Assembly: GCA_038230375.1 (NCBI GenBank)
Contig: JBBRNJ010000021.1
Span: 44,936 to 108,935, forward strand
Direction: 5' to 3'
DNA length: 64,000 bases
Origin: Polyangiales bacterium
GTDB taxonomy: Bacteria > Myxococcota_A > Polyangia > Polyangiales > Polyangiaceae
This document shows, in pieces, positions 1-10,804 of this stretch. Each line of letters begins with the position of its first letter. The stretch's first letter is position 1. The position numbers and the translations under genes were made by a program. A model generated the notes under the pieces. The model made no database searches, was not told where the DNA came from, and was given only the letters and a program-made list of their open reading frames with translations.

Positions 1-805
<805 letters not shown>

Positions 806-944
806 GGCAGCGCCGACGATACCACGTACGTACGCGTGCTTGACGGTGTCCCCGTCGCTTCCATGACGCTGAAAGCGGCCCGCCGCGGACGCCAGACCCG
901 CTCCGAACGGCTCTTTCGTGCGAACCCGTAGCCGGACTTCCCGG

Positions 945-960
945 CGGCATGGACCCTGCT
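945..960 (+). promoter_or_regulatory. Sigma54 -24/-12 promoter of flgB operon
   Basis: CGGCATGGACCCTGCT = GG-N10-GC, matching TGGCACG-N4-TTGCW; 15 nt upstream of the flgB ATG and next to the divergent bEBP gene. Confidence 0.7.
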
Positions 961-975
961 CCAGCTCCTCTCGCC

Positions 976-1374
976 ATGAGTGAGCTATTCGGAGGAGTCG
1001 ACAAGCTACACGCGACGCTCGACTATCACATGTTCCGCCACAACATGCTGGCGTCCAACCTTGCGCACGTGGACACGCCAGGCTACGTGCCAAAGGACGT
1101 GAGCCGCGACGACATGTCGTTCGACGGCACGCTGCAGCTGGAGGTGGCGAAGACGAGCTCTTCGAACGCGGCTGGATCGATCCCCGCATCACCGTCTTAC
1201 AACGTGTTCGACGATCCGTCGCCCAGCGCCACCGGCCTGGACAAGAACTCCGTGTCGCTCGATCGCGAGGCGGCGAAGGTGGCGGCGAACCAGATTCGAT
1301 ACGACGTGGTGTCGGTGCTCGCACACAGCGAGCTCTCCGATCTGGAGTTCGCAGCGAACGACGGGAGAGGCTAA
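976..1374 (+). CDS. flgB: Flagellar basal-body rod protein FlgB
   Basis: RHNMLASNLAHVDTPGY rod motif, DKNSVSLDRE; first gene of cluster. Confidence 0.9.
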   Translation: MSELFGGVDKLHATLDYHMFRHNMLASNLAHVDTPGYVPKDVSRDDMSFDGTLQLEVAKTSSSNAAGSIPASPSYNVFDDPSPSATGLDKNSVSLDREAAKVAANQIRYDVVSVLAHSELSDLEFAANDGRG

Positions 1375-1379
1375 CGAAC

Positions 1380-1808
1380 ATGCTCGGAACATTCAGCGCC
1401 ATGGAAGTCGCAGCCTCGGGCCTCTCGGCCGAGCGCTCGCGCATGAACACGATCGCCTCGAACCTGGCGAACGCGAAGACCACGCGCACGGAGGCCGGCG
1501 GTCCGTACAAGCGGATCGACCCCGTGTTCGTGGCGCAGCCGCTCTCGCAGAGCTCGTTCGACGCCACCGAGCGCAACGTGCAGCTCGTCAAGGTCAGCGA
1601 GATCAAGGAAGACACACGCGACCCGATGAAGGTCTACGAGCCTGGGCATCCCGACGCGGATCCCACCGGCTACGTGTCCTACCCGAACGTCAACGTGGTG
1701 GAGGAGATGGTCAACATGATCACGGCCTCACGCGCGTACGAAGCGGGCGTCAGCTCGATCGAGTCCGTGAAAAGCATGGCGCAGACGGCCCTGGGCCTCG
1801 GGAAGTAA
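1380..1808 (+). CDS. flgC: Flagellar basal-body rod protein FlgC
   Basis: SGLSAERSRMNTIASNLANA, YEPGHPDAD, PNVNVVEEMVNMITASRAYEA. Confidence 0.97.
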   Translation: MLGTFSAMEVAASGLSAERSRMNTIASNLANAKTTRTEAGGPYKRIDPVFVAQPLSQSSFDATERNVQLVKVSEIKEDTRDPMKVYEPGHPDADPTGYVSYPNVNVVEEMVNMITASRAYEAGVSSIESVKSMAQTALGLGK

Positions 1809-1811
1809 GCC

Positions 1812-2147
1812 ATGAGCGATCCGATCACGCTGGCTGCTTCGCACCAGACGCCGATCGGCGACGGCGCGGCCACGATCGACGCGAGCCCGGGCGCTGGGCT
1901 ACCGACGGGGCAGCGTCCCGAGGACGGTCTTCCGTTCGCGGGGATCCTCGCGCAGGCGCTCGGCGACGCCAACTCCACACAGCAGGTCGCGAGTCAGAAG
2001 GCAGCCGCGTTCGCCGAGGGCAAGAACGACGACATCCACGGAACGATGATCGCGCTGAAGCAGGCCGAGATCGAGCTGCATCTCGTGGCCACTGTGAAGA
2101 ACAAGGTCGTGGACGCCATCAATGACCTCCTCCGGATGAGCATCTGA
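1812..2147 (+). CDS. fliE: Flagellar hook-basal body protein FliE
   Basis: DIHGTMIALKQAEIELHLVATVKNKVVDAINDLLRMSI; position between flgC and fliF. Confidence 0.92.
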   Translation: MSDPITLAASHQTPIGDGAATIDASPGAGLPTGQRPEDGLPFAGILAQALGDANSTQQVASQKAAAFAEGKNDDIHGTMIALKQAEIELHLVATVKNKVVDAINDLLRMSI

Positions 2148-2149
2148 AA

Positions 2150-3835
2150 ATGAAGGAGCGAGCCAAGGCCGCGTTCGAGCAGGCGAAGAAGTTCTGGGGA
2201 ACGCTGAGCGCCGTGAAGAAGGCGGCGTTCGTAGGCACTCTGCTGCTTGTGATCGCCGGCGTTGCGGGACTGTCCGCGGTCTCCGCGCACGAGTCGTATT
2301 CGGTGCTCTACACGGACCTCTCGCCAGAGGATGCGGGGCTGGTCACGGCGAAGCTGAAAGATCTGAAAATCCCGTTCAAGGTGGAAGGCGAGAGCACGAT
2401 CAGCGTGCCCGAAGAGCGCGTCCGCGAGCTGCGGATCGACCTCGCGGGCCAGGGCCTTCCGCGCGGCGGCGGCGTCGGCTTCGAGGTGTTCGACAAGCAG
2501 CACCTGGGCGCCACGGAGCTGGAGCAACGCGTGCTCGTGCGGCGCGCCCTGGAAGGTGAGCTCGCACGCACCATCTCTTCGATTCAATCCGTGCAGAGTG
2601 CACGCGTTCATCTGGTGATGCCTGAGCGCAGCCTGTTCGTGTCGCAGTCGCGCGAGGCGGCCACGGCCTCCGTGGTGGTGAGGCTGCGTCCGGGTCGCAC
2701 CATGCCCCCGAGCGACGTCGCGAGCGTGGTCCATCTCGTCGCCAGCGGCGTCCCTGGGCTCTCCGAGTCTCGCGTCTCCGTGGTGAGCGCCGACGGGACC
2801 ACGCTGCATCGCCCGAATGGCGACGGCGAGGCAGCGGCGAACGATGCGCGCAGCGAACGCGAGCACGAGATGCAGAGCACCCTCGAAGCGCGCGCACGTG
2901 AGCTCCTGGAGCGCACCGTGGGCCGCGGGCACGCAGATGTACGCGTCGCCGTGGAGCTCGATCAGAGCTCCCACGAGCGCACCGAAGAGCACTACGAACC
3001 GCAAAAATCCGTCCTTCGCAGCGAGCAACGGATGGAGGAGCGCAACGGGCCGGCACCAGCATCGCCCGCCGGCGCGACCAGCGTGGCGTTCGTGCCCACG
3101 GCCCAGCCAGCTGGCGCGACGCCCGCGCCATCCTCATCCACCGCGCCCGCGCCGAGCACAAAGGTGGCGGCGGGCATTCCTGGTGCACAGACGAATCTTC
3201 CGGGCGGCGCGTCCCCCGAGGGGGTCGGTGGTGCGATCGGGCCCGGGCCATACAAGCAGAGCTACACGCACAATTTCGAGGTCGATCGCGTCACCGAGAA
3301 GACCGTCCAGGTGAGCGGCAAGGTCGTGCGCATCAGCGTGGCCGTGCTCGTGGACGGGGTGAAGAAGGACGGCGTGGTCGTCCCGCGTGAGAAAGAGGAA
3401 ATGGACAAGCTCAGCGAGCTCGTGAAGAGCGCCGTTGGCTTCAGCGCGGCCCGCGGCGATGCGCTCCACATCGAGAGCTCCGCGTTCGCGACGGTGGAGA
3501 CGGAGGAGCCCGCGCTTGCCGTGGTCGCGCCGCTGTCGCCGCGCATGGTGAAGGCTCGCACCTACGCGCCCATCGCCGGCGTCGTGGTCGCGCTGGCCGT
3601 GATGGGCCTGGTGGTCCGCCGCAGCCGCAAGAAGAAGCTCGCGAAGGCCGCCGAGATCGTGGCGCCAGAACCGCCAATCTTCCAACTGGAACACTCCACC
3701 ATGACGCCGGCCAAGGCGCTGCCTCCAGGCGACGTGGACGCCCTTCGCAAGGAAGCGCTCGACATCGCCGTCAAGGATCCCGCGACTGCGGCGAACGTGC
3801 TCCGTGCATGGCTGCACGCGCAGAGCGTGGCTTGA
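2150..3835 (+). CDS. fliF: Flagellar MS-ring protein FliF
   Basis: N-terminal TM, GVGFEVFD, RALEGELARTI, ARVHLVMPE, ASVVV, second TM near the C-terminus, PATAANVLRAWL. Confidence 0.96.
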   Translation: MKERAKAAFEQAKKFWGTLSAVKKAAFVGTLLLVIAGVAGLSAVSAHESYSVLYTDLSPEDAGLVTAKLKDLKIPFKVEGESTISVPEERVRELRIDLAGQGLPRGGGVGFEVFDKQHLGATELEQRVLVRRALEGELARTISSIQSVQSARVHLVMPERSLFVSQSREAATASVVVRLRPGRTMPPSDVASVVHLVASGVPGLSESRVSVVSADGTTLHRPNGDGEAAANDARSEREHEMQSTLEARARELLERTVGRGHADVRVAVELDQSSHERTEEHYEPQKSVLRSEQRMEERNGPAPASPAGATSVAFVPTAQPAGATPAPSSSTAPAPSTKVAAGIPGAQTNLPGGASPEGVGGAIGPGPYKQSYTHNFEVDRVTEKTVQVSGKVVRISVAVLVDGVKKDGVVVPREKEEMDKLSELVKSAVGFSAARGDALHIESSAFATVETEEPALAVVAPLSPRMVKARTYAPIAGVVVALAVMGLVVRRSRKKKLAKAAEIVAPEPPIFQLEHSTMTPAKALPPGDVDALRKEALDIAVKDPATAANVLRAWLHAQSVA

Positions 3836-3855
3836 TTCTCGCTTGAAGGGCCACC

Positions 3856-4836
3856 ATGCCTGGAAAGACGCAGCTCACCGGTCCCGAGAAGGCAGTGCTC
3901 ATGCTGCTCTCCATGGAGGAGTCGATCGCGGCCCCCATCGTGGCCGAGCTCGAGCCGGGCGACGTGAAGAAGATGCGCGAGATCGCCGCCATGATGCGCG
4001 AGGTCCCGCGTCACGCCCTGGACCAACTCTACGGCGAGTTCGTGGCGGAGGCGCAGAAGGCGGTGGCTGTGCCCAAGGGTGGCATCGCCTACCTCCGCCG
4101 GCTCGCCGAGAAGGCGATGGGTGCGTCGCGCTCCGAGGAGCTGTTCGTCGGCGCGCCCGCGTCGCCGTTCGAGCGCCTCGAGAAGGCGGATGCACAGGCC
4201 GTGGCGGCGCTCCTGGAGAGCGAGCATCCGCAGATCGGCGCGGCGATCCTCTCGCAGATCGACTCGGGCAAGGCGGCCAAGATCCTGGGCTTCTGTGACT
4301 CCACGCTGCGCACGGAGCTCGTGTCGCGCATGGCGCTCATGACGGAGGTGCCGGCTGCGATCCTGGAGAGCGTCGCGGGCGCGCTCGCGAAGCAGCTGCC
4401 GGATGGCGCGCAGGCAACGGTGTCGGTCGATGGCGTTGCGTCCGCGGCGTCCGTGCTGAAGAAGCTTGGCGCGGAGCGGTCGCAAGAGGTGCTCACCGCG
4501 CTCGAGGGCGAGAGCGTCGCGGAGGAGATCAAGGCCGCCATGTTCACGATGGAGGATCTGCGCGGCCTGGACGTGCGAATCCTGCGCATGATCCTGAAGG
4601 AGGTCCCGCAGGACACGCTCGTGGTCGCCATGAAGACCGCGAGCGAGGAGCTGAAGGGGAAGATCTTCTCGAGCATGTCCACGCGCGCGGCGGATCTGTT
4701 GAAGGACGAGCTCGACTCGCTCGGGGCCGTGCGCCTTGCGGATGTCGAGGCGGCGCAACGCGGCGTGGTGGAGGCGGCCAAGTCCCTGGAGGCGAGCGGC
4801 CGCATCAGTCTGTCCGAGGAAAACGGCAGTGTTTGA
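3856..4836 (+). CDS. fliG: Flagellar motor switch protein FliG
   Basis: LTGPEKAVLML, EHPQ motif, MFTMEDL, MSTRAADLLKDEL, GAVRLADVEAAQ. Confidence 0.96.
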   Translation: MPGKTQLTGPEKAVLMLLSMEESIAAPIVAELEPGDVKKMREIAAMMREVPRHALDQLYGEFVAEAQKAVAVPKGGIAYLRRLAEKAMGASRSEELFVGAPASPFERLEKADAQAVAALLESEHPQIGAAILSQIDSGKAAKILGFCDSTLRTELVSRMALMTEVPAAILESVAGALAKQLPDGAQATVSVDGVASAASVLKKLGAERSQEVLTALEGESVAEEIKAAMFTMEDLRGLDVRILRMILKEVPQDTLVVAMKTASEELKGKIFSSMSTRAADLLKDELDSLGAVRLADVEAAQRGVVEAAKSLEASGRISLSEENGSV

Positions 4837-5575
4837 GCGCAAGGTGAAGGACGCGATCTTCGCGCAGCGCGATGCCCCGCGTCGCGCTCGCGTGTCATGG
4901 CTGCCGGCGTCGCAGACCGCGCCTGCGTCATCACGGCTCCGACCAACCGAGCCCTCCGCGCGTCACGAACCCGCGCAGTCGGAGGCGCCCGCCACGCAGA
5001 GCTCGCCGCAGCCACATTCGCCGGGCAGCTCCGACGTGGTCCCGGCGCCGTCGCCGTCGTCAGCCGAGCCGCCGCAGACAGTCCGCGGCTTCTTCGACGA
5101 GCTACCGGCATTTTCGCCGCCACCAGAGCCGCCACCGACCACGGACGCGCTGGCCGCGATCGAGTCGTTCGTGCAGGCCGCGGAGGCGCTCTCGGAGATC
5201 CGCGCGCTGCGCCACTCGCGCGTCGAGCGTGACCTTGTCGAGCTCGCGGGTGCCATTGCAGAGCGCGTCCTGGGCAGGGAGCTCACGATCGACCCATCGC
5301 TGCTCGCCGCGCTGGCGCGAGACGGCATCCTTGCGCTTGCGGACCGCGAGAACGTGACCGTGCGCTTCTCGAGCGACACGCCAGACGAGGCGAAATCGAA
5401 GCTGATCGACGCCGTGACGACGCGCGCACCGGGTTGCAAGGTGGTCTTCGATCGCGAGCTGGTCGCCGGATCGTGCGTCGTGGAGTCCGCGCAGGGCTTC
5501 GTGGACGAGTCGGTGACCACGCGCCTCGACGTGGTCATGGAGCAGCTCGGCTTCGGCCGTGGAGGCATGGGATGA
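4829..5575 (+). CDS. fliH: Flagellar export protein FliH (GTG start inferred)
   Basis: DLVELAGAIAERVLGREL, GSCVVESAQGFVD C-terminal domain; between fliG and fliI; Pro/Ser-rich N-terminus. Confidence 0.82.
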   Translation: MFERKVKDAIFAQRDAPRRARVSWLPASQTAPASSRLRPTEPSARHEPAQSEAPATQSSPQPHSPGSSDVVPAPSPSSAEPPQTVRGFFDELPAFSPPPEPPPTTDALAAIESFVQAAEALSEIRALRHSRVERDLVELAGAIAERVLGRELTIDPSLLAALARDGILALADRENVTVRFSSDTPDEAKSKLIDAVTTRAPGCKVVFDRELVAGSCVVESAQGFVDESVTTRLDVVMEQLGFGRGGMG

Positions 5576-6903
5576 CGGACGTTGATCTGCAGCGGTTTGT
5601 CCGCGTGGCGAATCGCGCAGCGGTGCATCGGCCCGTGGGGGTGGTCACGGACATCGTGGGGCTCGCGGTGGAGATCGGCGGCCTCCGCGCCGGCATCGGA
5701 GAGATGCTGCGCGTGGAGTCGAAGACGCCGCTCGACCTCGAGGTCATTGGCTTCCGCGGCGGTCGGCTCGTGGCCACACCGCTCGGCCCGCTGTCGGGGA
5801 TTCGCCCGGGCGATCGCGCCGTTCTTTCCGATCGCGGCTCGCAGGTCGCCGTGGGCAACCAGCTCCTCGGGCGCATCATCGATCCGTTCGGCGTGCCCAT
5901 CGACGGGCGACCGGGCGTGGCGTCGCACGAAGGCTACCCGGTGCATGCGGCGCCGCCCGCGGCCACCAGCCGCAAGCCGATCGAGAAGGTGCTCGGAACG
6001 GGCGTGCGCGCGCTGGATTCGCTCCTGACGCTGGGCCGTGGGCAGCGCGTGGGCATCTTCGCCGGCGCGGGCGTGGGCAAGACCACGCTCCTGGGCATGC
6101 TCTGCCGCGCGTCGGATGCGGATGTCAACGTCGTCTCGCTCGTCGGCGAGCGCGGCCGCGAGGTGAACGAGTTCGTGCGCGACGCGCTTGGCGCGGATGG
6201 ACTCGCACGGTCGGTGATCGTCGTCGCGACGAGCGATCAGCCCCCGCTGGTCCGTGCGCGCGCGGCCGAGGCTGCCACTGCGATCGCCGAGTATTTCCGG
6301 GATCAGGGCAAGAGCGTGCTCTTCGTCATGGACTCGGTCACCCGCTATGCGATGGCGATGCGCGAGGCCGCGCTTGCGTCTGGTGAGCCGGCCGCGACGA
6401 AAGGATATCCGCCGTCCGTGTTCGCCGCGCTGCCGCGGCTGCTCGAGCGCGCTGGCAACGGCGCAACCGAGGGGGCGATCACCGCCGTGTACACCGTCCT
6501 CGTGGAGGGCGACGACCTGTCGGACCCGATCGCGGACGCCGTGCGCGGCATCCTGGATGGTCACGTCGTGCTGTCGCGCTCGCTCGCGGAGGCCGGGCAT
6601 TTCCCGGCGATCGACGTCCTGGCAAGCCTGTCGCGTCTGATGCCACAGCTCACGACCAAGCCGCACGTGGAGGCCGCATCCAAGCTGCGCGAGCTGCTTG
6701 GCGCATATCGCGAAGCGAAGGATCTGATCCAGATCGGCGCGTACGAGAAGGGGTCGGACCCACGCGTGGACGCGGCGGCGCGCATGATGCCGACCATCGA
6801 GAAGTTCCTGCGGCAGGGCGAACGCGAGCCCTCGGGGCGGGAGGCTGCGATCAGCGCGCTGATGGAGCTGGTCGCGGAGGCCACGCGTGAAAACCCGCGC
6901 TGA
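5572..6903 (+). CDS. fliI: Flagellar export ATPase FliI
   Basis: GIFAGAGVGKT Walker A, GERGREV, MDSVTRYA, GEP..KGYPPSVF, ILDGHVVLSR. Confidence 0.97.
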   Translation: MTDVDLQRFVRVANRAAVHRPVGVVTDIVGLAVEIGGLRAGIGEMLRVESKTPLDLEVIGFRGGRLVATPLGPLSGIRPGDRAVLSDRGSQVAVGNQLLGRIIDPFGVPIDGRPGVASHEGYPVHAAPPAATSRKPIEKVLGTGVRALDSLLTLGRGQRVGIFAGAGVGKTTLLGMLCRASDADVNVVSLVGERGREVNEFVRDALGADGLARSVIVVATSDQPPLVRARAAEAATAIAEYFRDQGKSVLFVMDSVTRYAMAMREAALASGEPAATKGYPPSVFAALPRLLERAGNGATEGAITAVYTVLVEGDDLSDPIADAVRGILDGHVVLSRSLAEAGHFPAIDVLASLSRLMPQLTTKPHVEAASKLRELLGAYREAKDLIQIGAYEKGSDPRVDAAARMMPTIEKFLRQGEREPSGREAAISALMELVAEATRENPR

Positions 6904-7318
6904 CAAGCTCGTACAGGTCACGGAAGAGGTACGGGACCGCGCGCGCCGCGTACAGGCGAGCGCGATGGATGCGGTGGGGAAGGCAACGCACGCCCTCGGC
7001 GCGTGCATGGAAGGTCTGGCTGCAGCGCAGAGAGAGCGCAACGAGCTCAACGCTCGCGGCGGCAACGAGGCTGCGTTCCACGAGACCGACGCGTGGGTCC
7101 GCTCGCACGAGGGCCGCGTGTCCCGGGCACACGATGCCGTGGCGGAGGCGCAGCGCGTGCTTGCCGCCGCGAAGAAGGACGTGGAGCACGCGATGATCCG
7201 CGTGGAGCAGATGTGCGCGTTGCGTGAGCGCTCCCTTGAAGCGCTTCGGGTAAAGGAAGACCGCGCCGAGCGTCGCGCCGAAGACGAGAGCTTGGCGCGC
7301 AGAGCGACAACCAAATGA
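6887..7318 (+). CDS. fliJ: Flagellar export chaperone FliJ
   Basis: 143-aa coiled-coil protein overlapping the end of fliI, C-terminal ERRAEDE; mainly a positional call. Confidence 0.7.
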   Translation: MKTRADKLVQVTEEVRDRARRVQASAMDAVGKATHALGACMEGLAAAQRERNELNARGGNEAAFHETDAWVRSHEGRVSRAHDAVAEAQRVLAAAKKDVEHAMIRVEQMCALRERSLEALRVKEDRAERRAEDESLARRATTK

Positions 7319-7394
7319 CGAGAGACCCGCCAGCGCAGCGCCAGTGAACGGCGCTTCGGCGGCGAACTGGAGTGCGTTTCGCCGGCTCTGGGGT

Positions 7395-7410
7395 TGGCCC
7401 CGCACTTGCT
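7395..7410 (+). promoter_or_regulatory. Sigma54 -24/-12 promoter of flgD-flgE operon
   Basis: TGGCCCCGCACTTGCT, near-consensus TGGC-N7-TTGCT; 12 nt upstream of ATG 7423. Confidence 0.85.
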
Positions 7411-7422
7411 CTGACACTGGTC

Positions 7423-8124
7423 ATGTCCTCCGTGAATTCGAGCAGCGCGACCAGCAACACCTCACCGGCAACGAGCGACCCCATCGGCAGCGCAGTGGGT
7501 AAGAACCAGACGCTCGGCCAGGACGCGTTCATGAAGCTGCTGGTCGCCCAGATCCAGCACCAGGACCCGCTCAATCCGCAGTCGAACACCGAGTTCGTCT
7601 CGCAGCTGGCGCAGTTCTCTTCGCTCTCGGAGCAGACGAACACGAACAAGCTCCTCGAGCTTGTCTCCATCCAGCAGAAGGGCCTGGCGAACACGGACGA
7701 CGTCCAGCTGATCGGCAAGTCGGTCACCGTGTCCGGTAACACGATGACGTCGACAGGGCAGGGGTATGCGGTGCCTGGAAGCTTCACGCTCGGTGCGGCG
7801 GCGGCCTCGGCGTCGGTCACCATCTCGGATGCGTCGGGCAACCCGGTGCGCACGGTGAATGTCGGCGCGCACGGCGCAGGCGTCACGCAGTTCTCGTGGG
7901 ATGGCCGCAATGACACGGGGACCGTGCAGCCTGCGGGCTCTTACAAGATCTCCGTCACGGCGAAGGACGCCAAGGGCAACCCGATCGACGTCACCACGAC
8001 GACGACGGGCGTCGTGAAATCTGTCTCGTACGACGCGAACGGCCCGCTCCTCACACTGATGGACGGCAGCCAGGCCCGGACGAGCGAGTTGTCGCAGGTG
8101 AGCGCGGCTCCGGCCGCGAAGTAA
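7423..8124 (+). CDS. flgD: Flagellar hook capping protein FlgD
   Basis: LGQDAFMKLLVAQIQHQDPLNP..EFVSQLAQFS; FSWDG Ig-like domain. Confidence 0.96.
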   Translation: MSSVNSSSATSNTSPATSDPIGSAVGKNQTLGQDAFMKLLVAQIQHQDPLNPQSNTEFVSQLAQFSSLSEQTNTNKLLELVSIQQKGLANTDDVQLIGKSVTVSGNTMTSTGQGYAVPGSFTLGAAAASASVTISDASGNPVRTVNVGAHGAGVTQFSWDGRNDTGTVQPAGSYKISVTAKDAKGNPIDVTTTTTGVVKSVSYDANGPLLTLMDGSQARTSELSQVSAAPAAK

Positions 8125-8140
8125 CGAGGAGGAGAAGCAG

Positions 8141-9427
8141 ATGTCGATTGTAAGCACGATGTACACGGGTGTTTCGGGACTCACGGCGGAGGGCGATGCC
8201 CTTGGGGTGGTCGGCGACAACATCGCAAACTCGAACACGGTGGGCTTCAAGTCGCAGCGGGCGGTCTTCGAGGACATGCTCGGGCGCTCGGTGTCCGCGA
8301 CCGGCGCGGGCGCAGGCGTTCGCATGAGCAGCGTGCAGCAGCTCTTCACGGAGGGGGCGCTCACCAGCACGGGCATCTCCACGGATCTCTCGATCGGCGG
8401 GGACGGCTTCTTCGTTGTCTCGGGCGCGGTGAACGGCGTGCAGGGCAGCTTCTACTCGCGCGCGGGCCAGTTCAACGTGGACGCGAAGGGTGCCCTGGTG
8501 AACGCGCAGGGCCTCGCGGTGCAGGGCTACGGCGTGAACAAGGACGGCACGTTCTCACCCGCTGTCACCGGCATCAACGTTCCGGTATCGGCGCTTGCGC
8601 CGCAGGCCACCACCAAGATGAGCATGGTCGCGAACCTAGATTCGAGCGCGACGCCCCCGAACCCGCCGTTCGACGTGACGAAGGCGGCGGCCACGTCGAA
8701 CTTCTCCACCGCGATGTCGGTCACCGACTCTCTCGGCAAGAGCCACAATCTCAACGTCTACTTCGAGAACACCGGCGCGGGGCAGTGGAACTACCACGTG
8801 GTCTCGGACGGTGGAGACCTTGCGGGCGGCACCGCGGGCGTGCCGCAGGAGATCGGCGGCGGCAACTTCCAGTTCGGCTCCGACGGCACGCTCACCAGCA
8901 ACACCGTGGGCACGCCGATCGCCGCGAACTTCGTGAACGCGACGGCCGGCCAGGCGATCGCGCTGAATTTCGGCTCCACCACCGCGGGCGGCGGCAGTGG
9001 GACCGACGGCATGACGCAGTTCGCAGCTCCGTCCAGCGTGTCGAGCCAGGGCGCGGACGGTTACTCTTCTGGCGACCTCACGGGCGTCTCGATCGACGGC
9101 AACGGCGTGGTGACGGGCAACTACTCGAACGGGCAGAAGCTGGGGATCGCGAAGCTCGCCGTCGCCAAGTTCAACTCGAACGAGGGCCTCGCGCGCGCCG
9201 GTGAAAACCTCTGGTCCGCTAGCGTCGGTAGCGGCGCGGCCGCGCTCGGCTCGGCGGGCGTTGGCGGTCGCGGCTCCACGACTGCGGGAACGCTCGAGGG
9301 CTCGAACGTCGACATCGCATCGCAGATGGTGGAGCTCATCTCGCACCAGCGCGCGTTCCAGGCGAACTCGAAGACCATCACGACGGCCGACGAGATGATG
9401 CAGGACCTCGTCAACCTGAAGCACTGA
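8141..9427 (+). CDS. flgE: Flagellar hook protein FlgE
   Basis: TGVSGL..VVGDNIANSNTVGFK, YSRAGQF, DSLG, LEGSNVDI..QRAFQANSKTITTADEM; GAGGAG RBS. Confidence 0.97.
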   Translation: MSIVSTMYTGVSGLTAEGDALGVVGDNIANSNTVGFKSQRAVFEDMLGRSVSATGAGAGVRMSSVQQLFTEGALTSTGISTDLSIGGDGFFVVSGAVNGVQGSFYSRAGQFNVDAKGALVNAQGLAVQGYGVNKDGTFSPAVTGINVPVSALAPQATTKMSMVANLDSSATPPNPPFDVTKAAATSNFSTAMSVTDSLGKSHNLNVYFENTGAGQWNYHVVSDGGDLAGGTAGVPQEIGGGNFQFGSDGTLTSNTVGTPIAANFVNATAGQAIALNFGSTTAGGGSGTDGMTQFAAPSSVSSQGADGYSSGDLTGVSIDGNGVVTGNYSNGQKLGIAKLAVAKFNSNEGLARAGENLWSASVGSGAAALGSAGVGGRGSTTAGTLEGSNVDIASQMVELISHQRAFQANSKTITTADEMMQDLVNLKH

Positions 9428-9452
9428 TCCCGACCTCCACTGAAGGGCCACC

Positions 9453-9962
9453 ATGAGCGACGCCAAGGAAGAGAAGAAGGACGAGAAGGCCGCGAAGAAG
9501 GGCGGCGGCAAGCTCGGCATGATCGTCGTTGCCGTCTTCGTCTGCCTCTGCTCCACAGCTGGTGCGGTCTTCGGTCAGGTTGCGCTCGCGCGCATGAAGC
9601 CGGAGAAGGAAAAACCCGACGCCGCGTACGAGGAGAAGGAGAAGGAGGAGCCGCTCGGCGCAGAGACGCTCGAGCTGCCCTCCATGATCGTGGACATCCG
9701 CACGACCACGGGTGAGGTCCACCACCTGAAGGTGGGCGTCGCCATCGAGCTCGCGAAGCCGGTGCCGGAAGAGGAGCAGAAGAAGCTCATGGCCCGCGCC
9801 AAGGACGCCGCGATCTCGTACCTGCGCACGCTCACCTACGATGAAGTGACCAACCAGGAGAAGTTCGAGGGCATCAAGAAGGAGCTCAACGAGCGCATCT
9901 CCAAGGCCATGGGCCACGGGAGAGTGAACCGTGTCCTCTTCACCGACTACGTGGTCCAGTGA
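9453..9962 (+). CDS. fliL: Flagellar basal-body protein FliL
   Basis: Basic N-terminus plus single TM, C-terminal VLFTDYVVQ. Confidence 0.9.
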   Translation: MSDAKEEKKDEKAAKKGGGKLGMIVVAVFVCLCSTAGAVFGQVALARMKPEKEKPDAAYEEKEKEEPLGAETLELPSMIVDIRTTTGEVHHLKVGVAIELAKPVPEEEQKKLMARAKDAAISYLRTLTYDEVTNQEKFEGIKKELNERISKAMGHGRVNRVLFTDYVVQ

Positions 9963-10804
9963 CGATGGGCGCAGCCGTGGAGAAGGCGGATCTCTGCCGC
10001 TCGTTCGAGACCGACAGGGAGATGAAGGTGGTCCTCGAGCGCGCCGCGTCGGCGTTCTCCAGATCCCTCCGCCGCCTCCTGTCATTCGTGAGCGCGTTCG
10101 GTGTGATCATCGGCGACCCGGAGCTTGATGTGTCGATGGCGGTGGACGCGAAGGGCGACACCCCGACCGGCGCCATGGACCTGGGCGGAGAGCAGGGCTT
10201 CGTGCGAATCGCCTGCGATCCAAGGCTTGTCGACATGTGCCTCGAGGGCGCCCTGGGCGGAAAGCGGCTCACGCCGCGCGACCGTGTCGCCCTCTCGGTC
10301 GCCGAGCGTTCGCTCATGACCAAGGTGCTCGGCGACCTGGCGAACGAGCTGACGGCGACGTTCGGTGGTGCGCTTGGACGTCCGCTCTCCAGGGAGCTGC
10401 CGCGGCCGGACGCGCTCCGCGGTCATCAAAAGTTGTATGTTGCACGCTATCCCGTCGAAGGCGATGGCGTGGAGGCCAGCTTCACCATCACCGCGTCGCG
10501 CGACGTGCTCCACAAGGAGAACGCAGAGGCGGAGCTCGCGGAGCCCGCGCATCTGAACCCTGCGATGGTAGGGCTCGTGCAGGACGTGGAGGTGCCGATC
10601 GTGGCCGAGCTGGGCCGCGTGAAGGTCGGCCTCACGGCCCTGCTCTCGTTGCAGGTGGGTGACGTGCTGCGGCTCACCGCGGCCACGGACGACCCCGTGA
10701 GCGTGCGGGTGGCCGGCCAGGAGAAGTTCGGTGCGGTGCCCGTGATCTCACGCGGCCAGGTGTCGGTAGAGGTCCAGTCACGAAGGTTCGGGAGGCAGAG
10801 ATGA
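9959..10804 (+). CDS. fliM: Flagellar switch protein FliM, divergent, lacking the N-terminal CheY-binding peptide
   Basis: Between fliL and fliN; CLEGALGG, LSVAER middle domain; C-terminal SpoA domain (AELG..LLSLQVGDVLRL). Confidence 0.8.
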   Translation: MTMGAAVEKADLCRSFETDREMKVVLERAASAFSRSLRRLLSFVSAFGVIIGDPELDVSMAVDAKGDTPTGAMDLGGEQGFVRIACDPRLVDMCLEGALGGKRLTPRDRVALSVAERSLMTKVLGDLANELTATFGGALGRPLSRELPRPDALRGHQKLYVARYPVEGDGVEASFTITASRDVLHKENAEAELAEPAHLNPAMVGLVQDVEVPIVAELGRVKVGLTALLSLQVGDVLRLTAATDDPVSVRVAGQEKFGAVPVISRGQVSVEVQSRRFGRQR

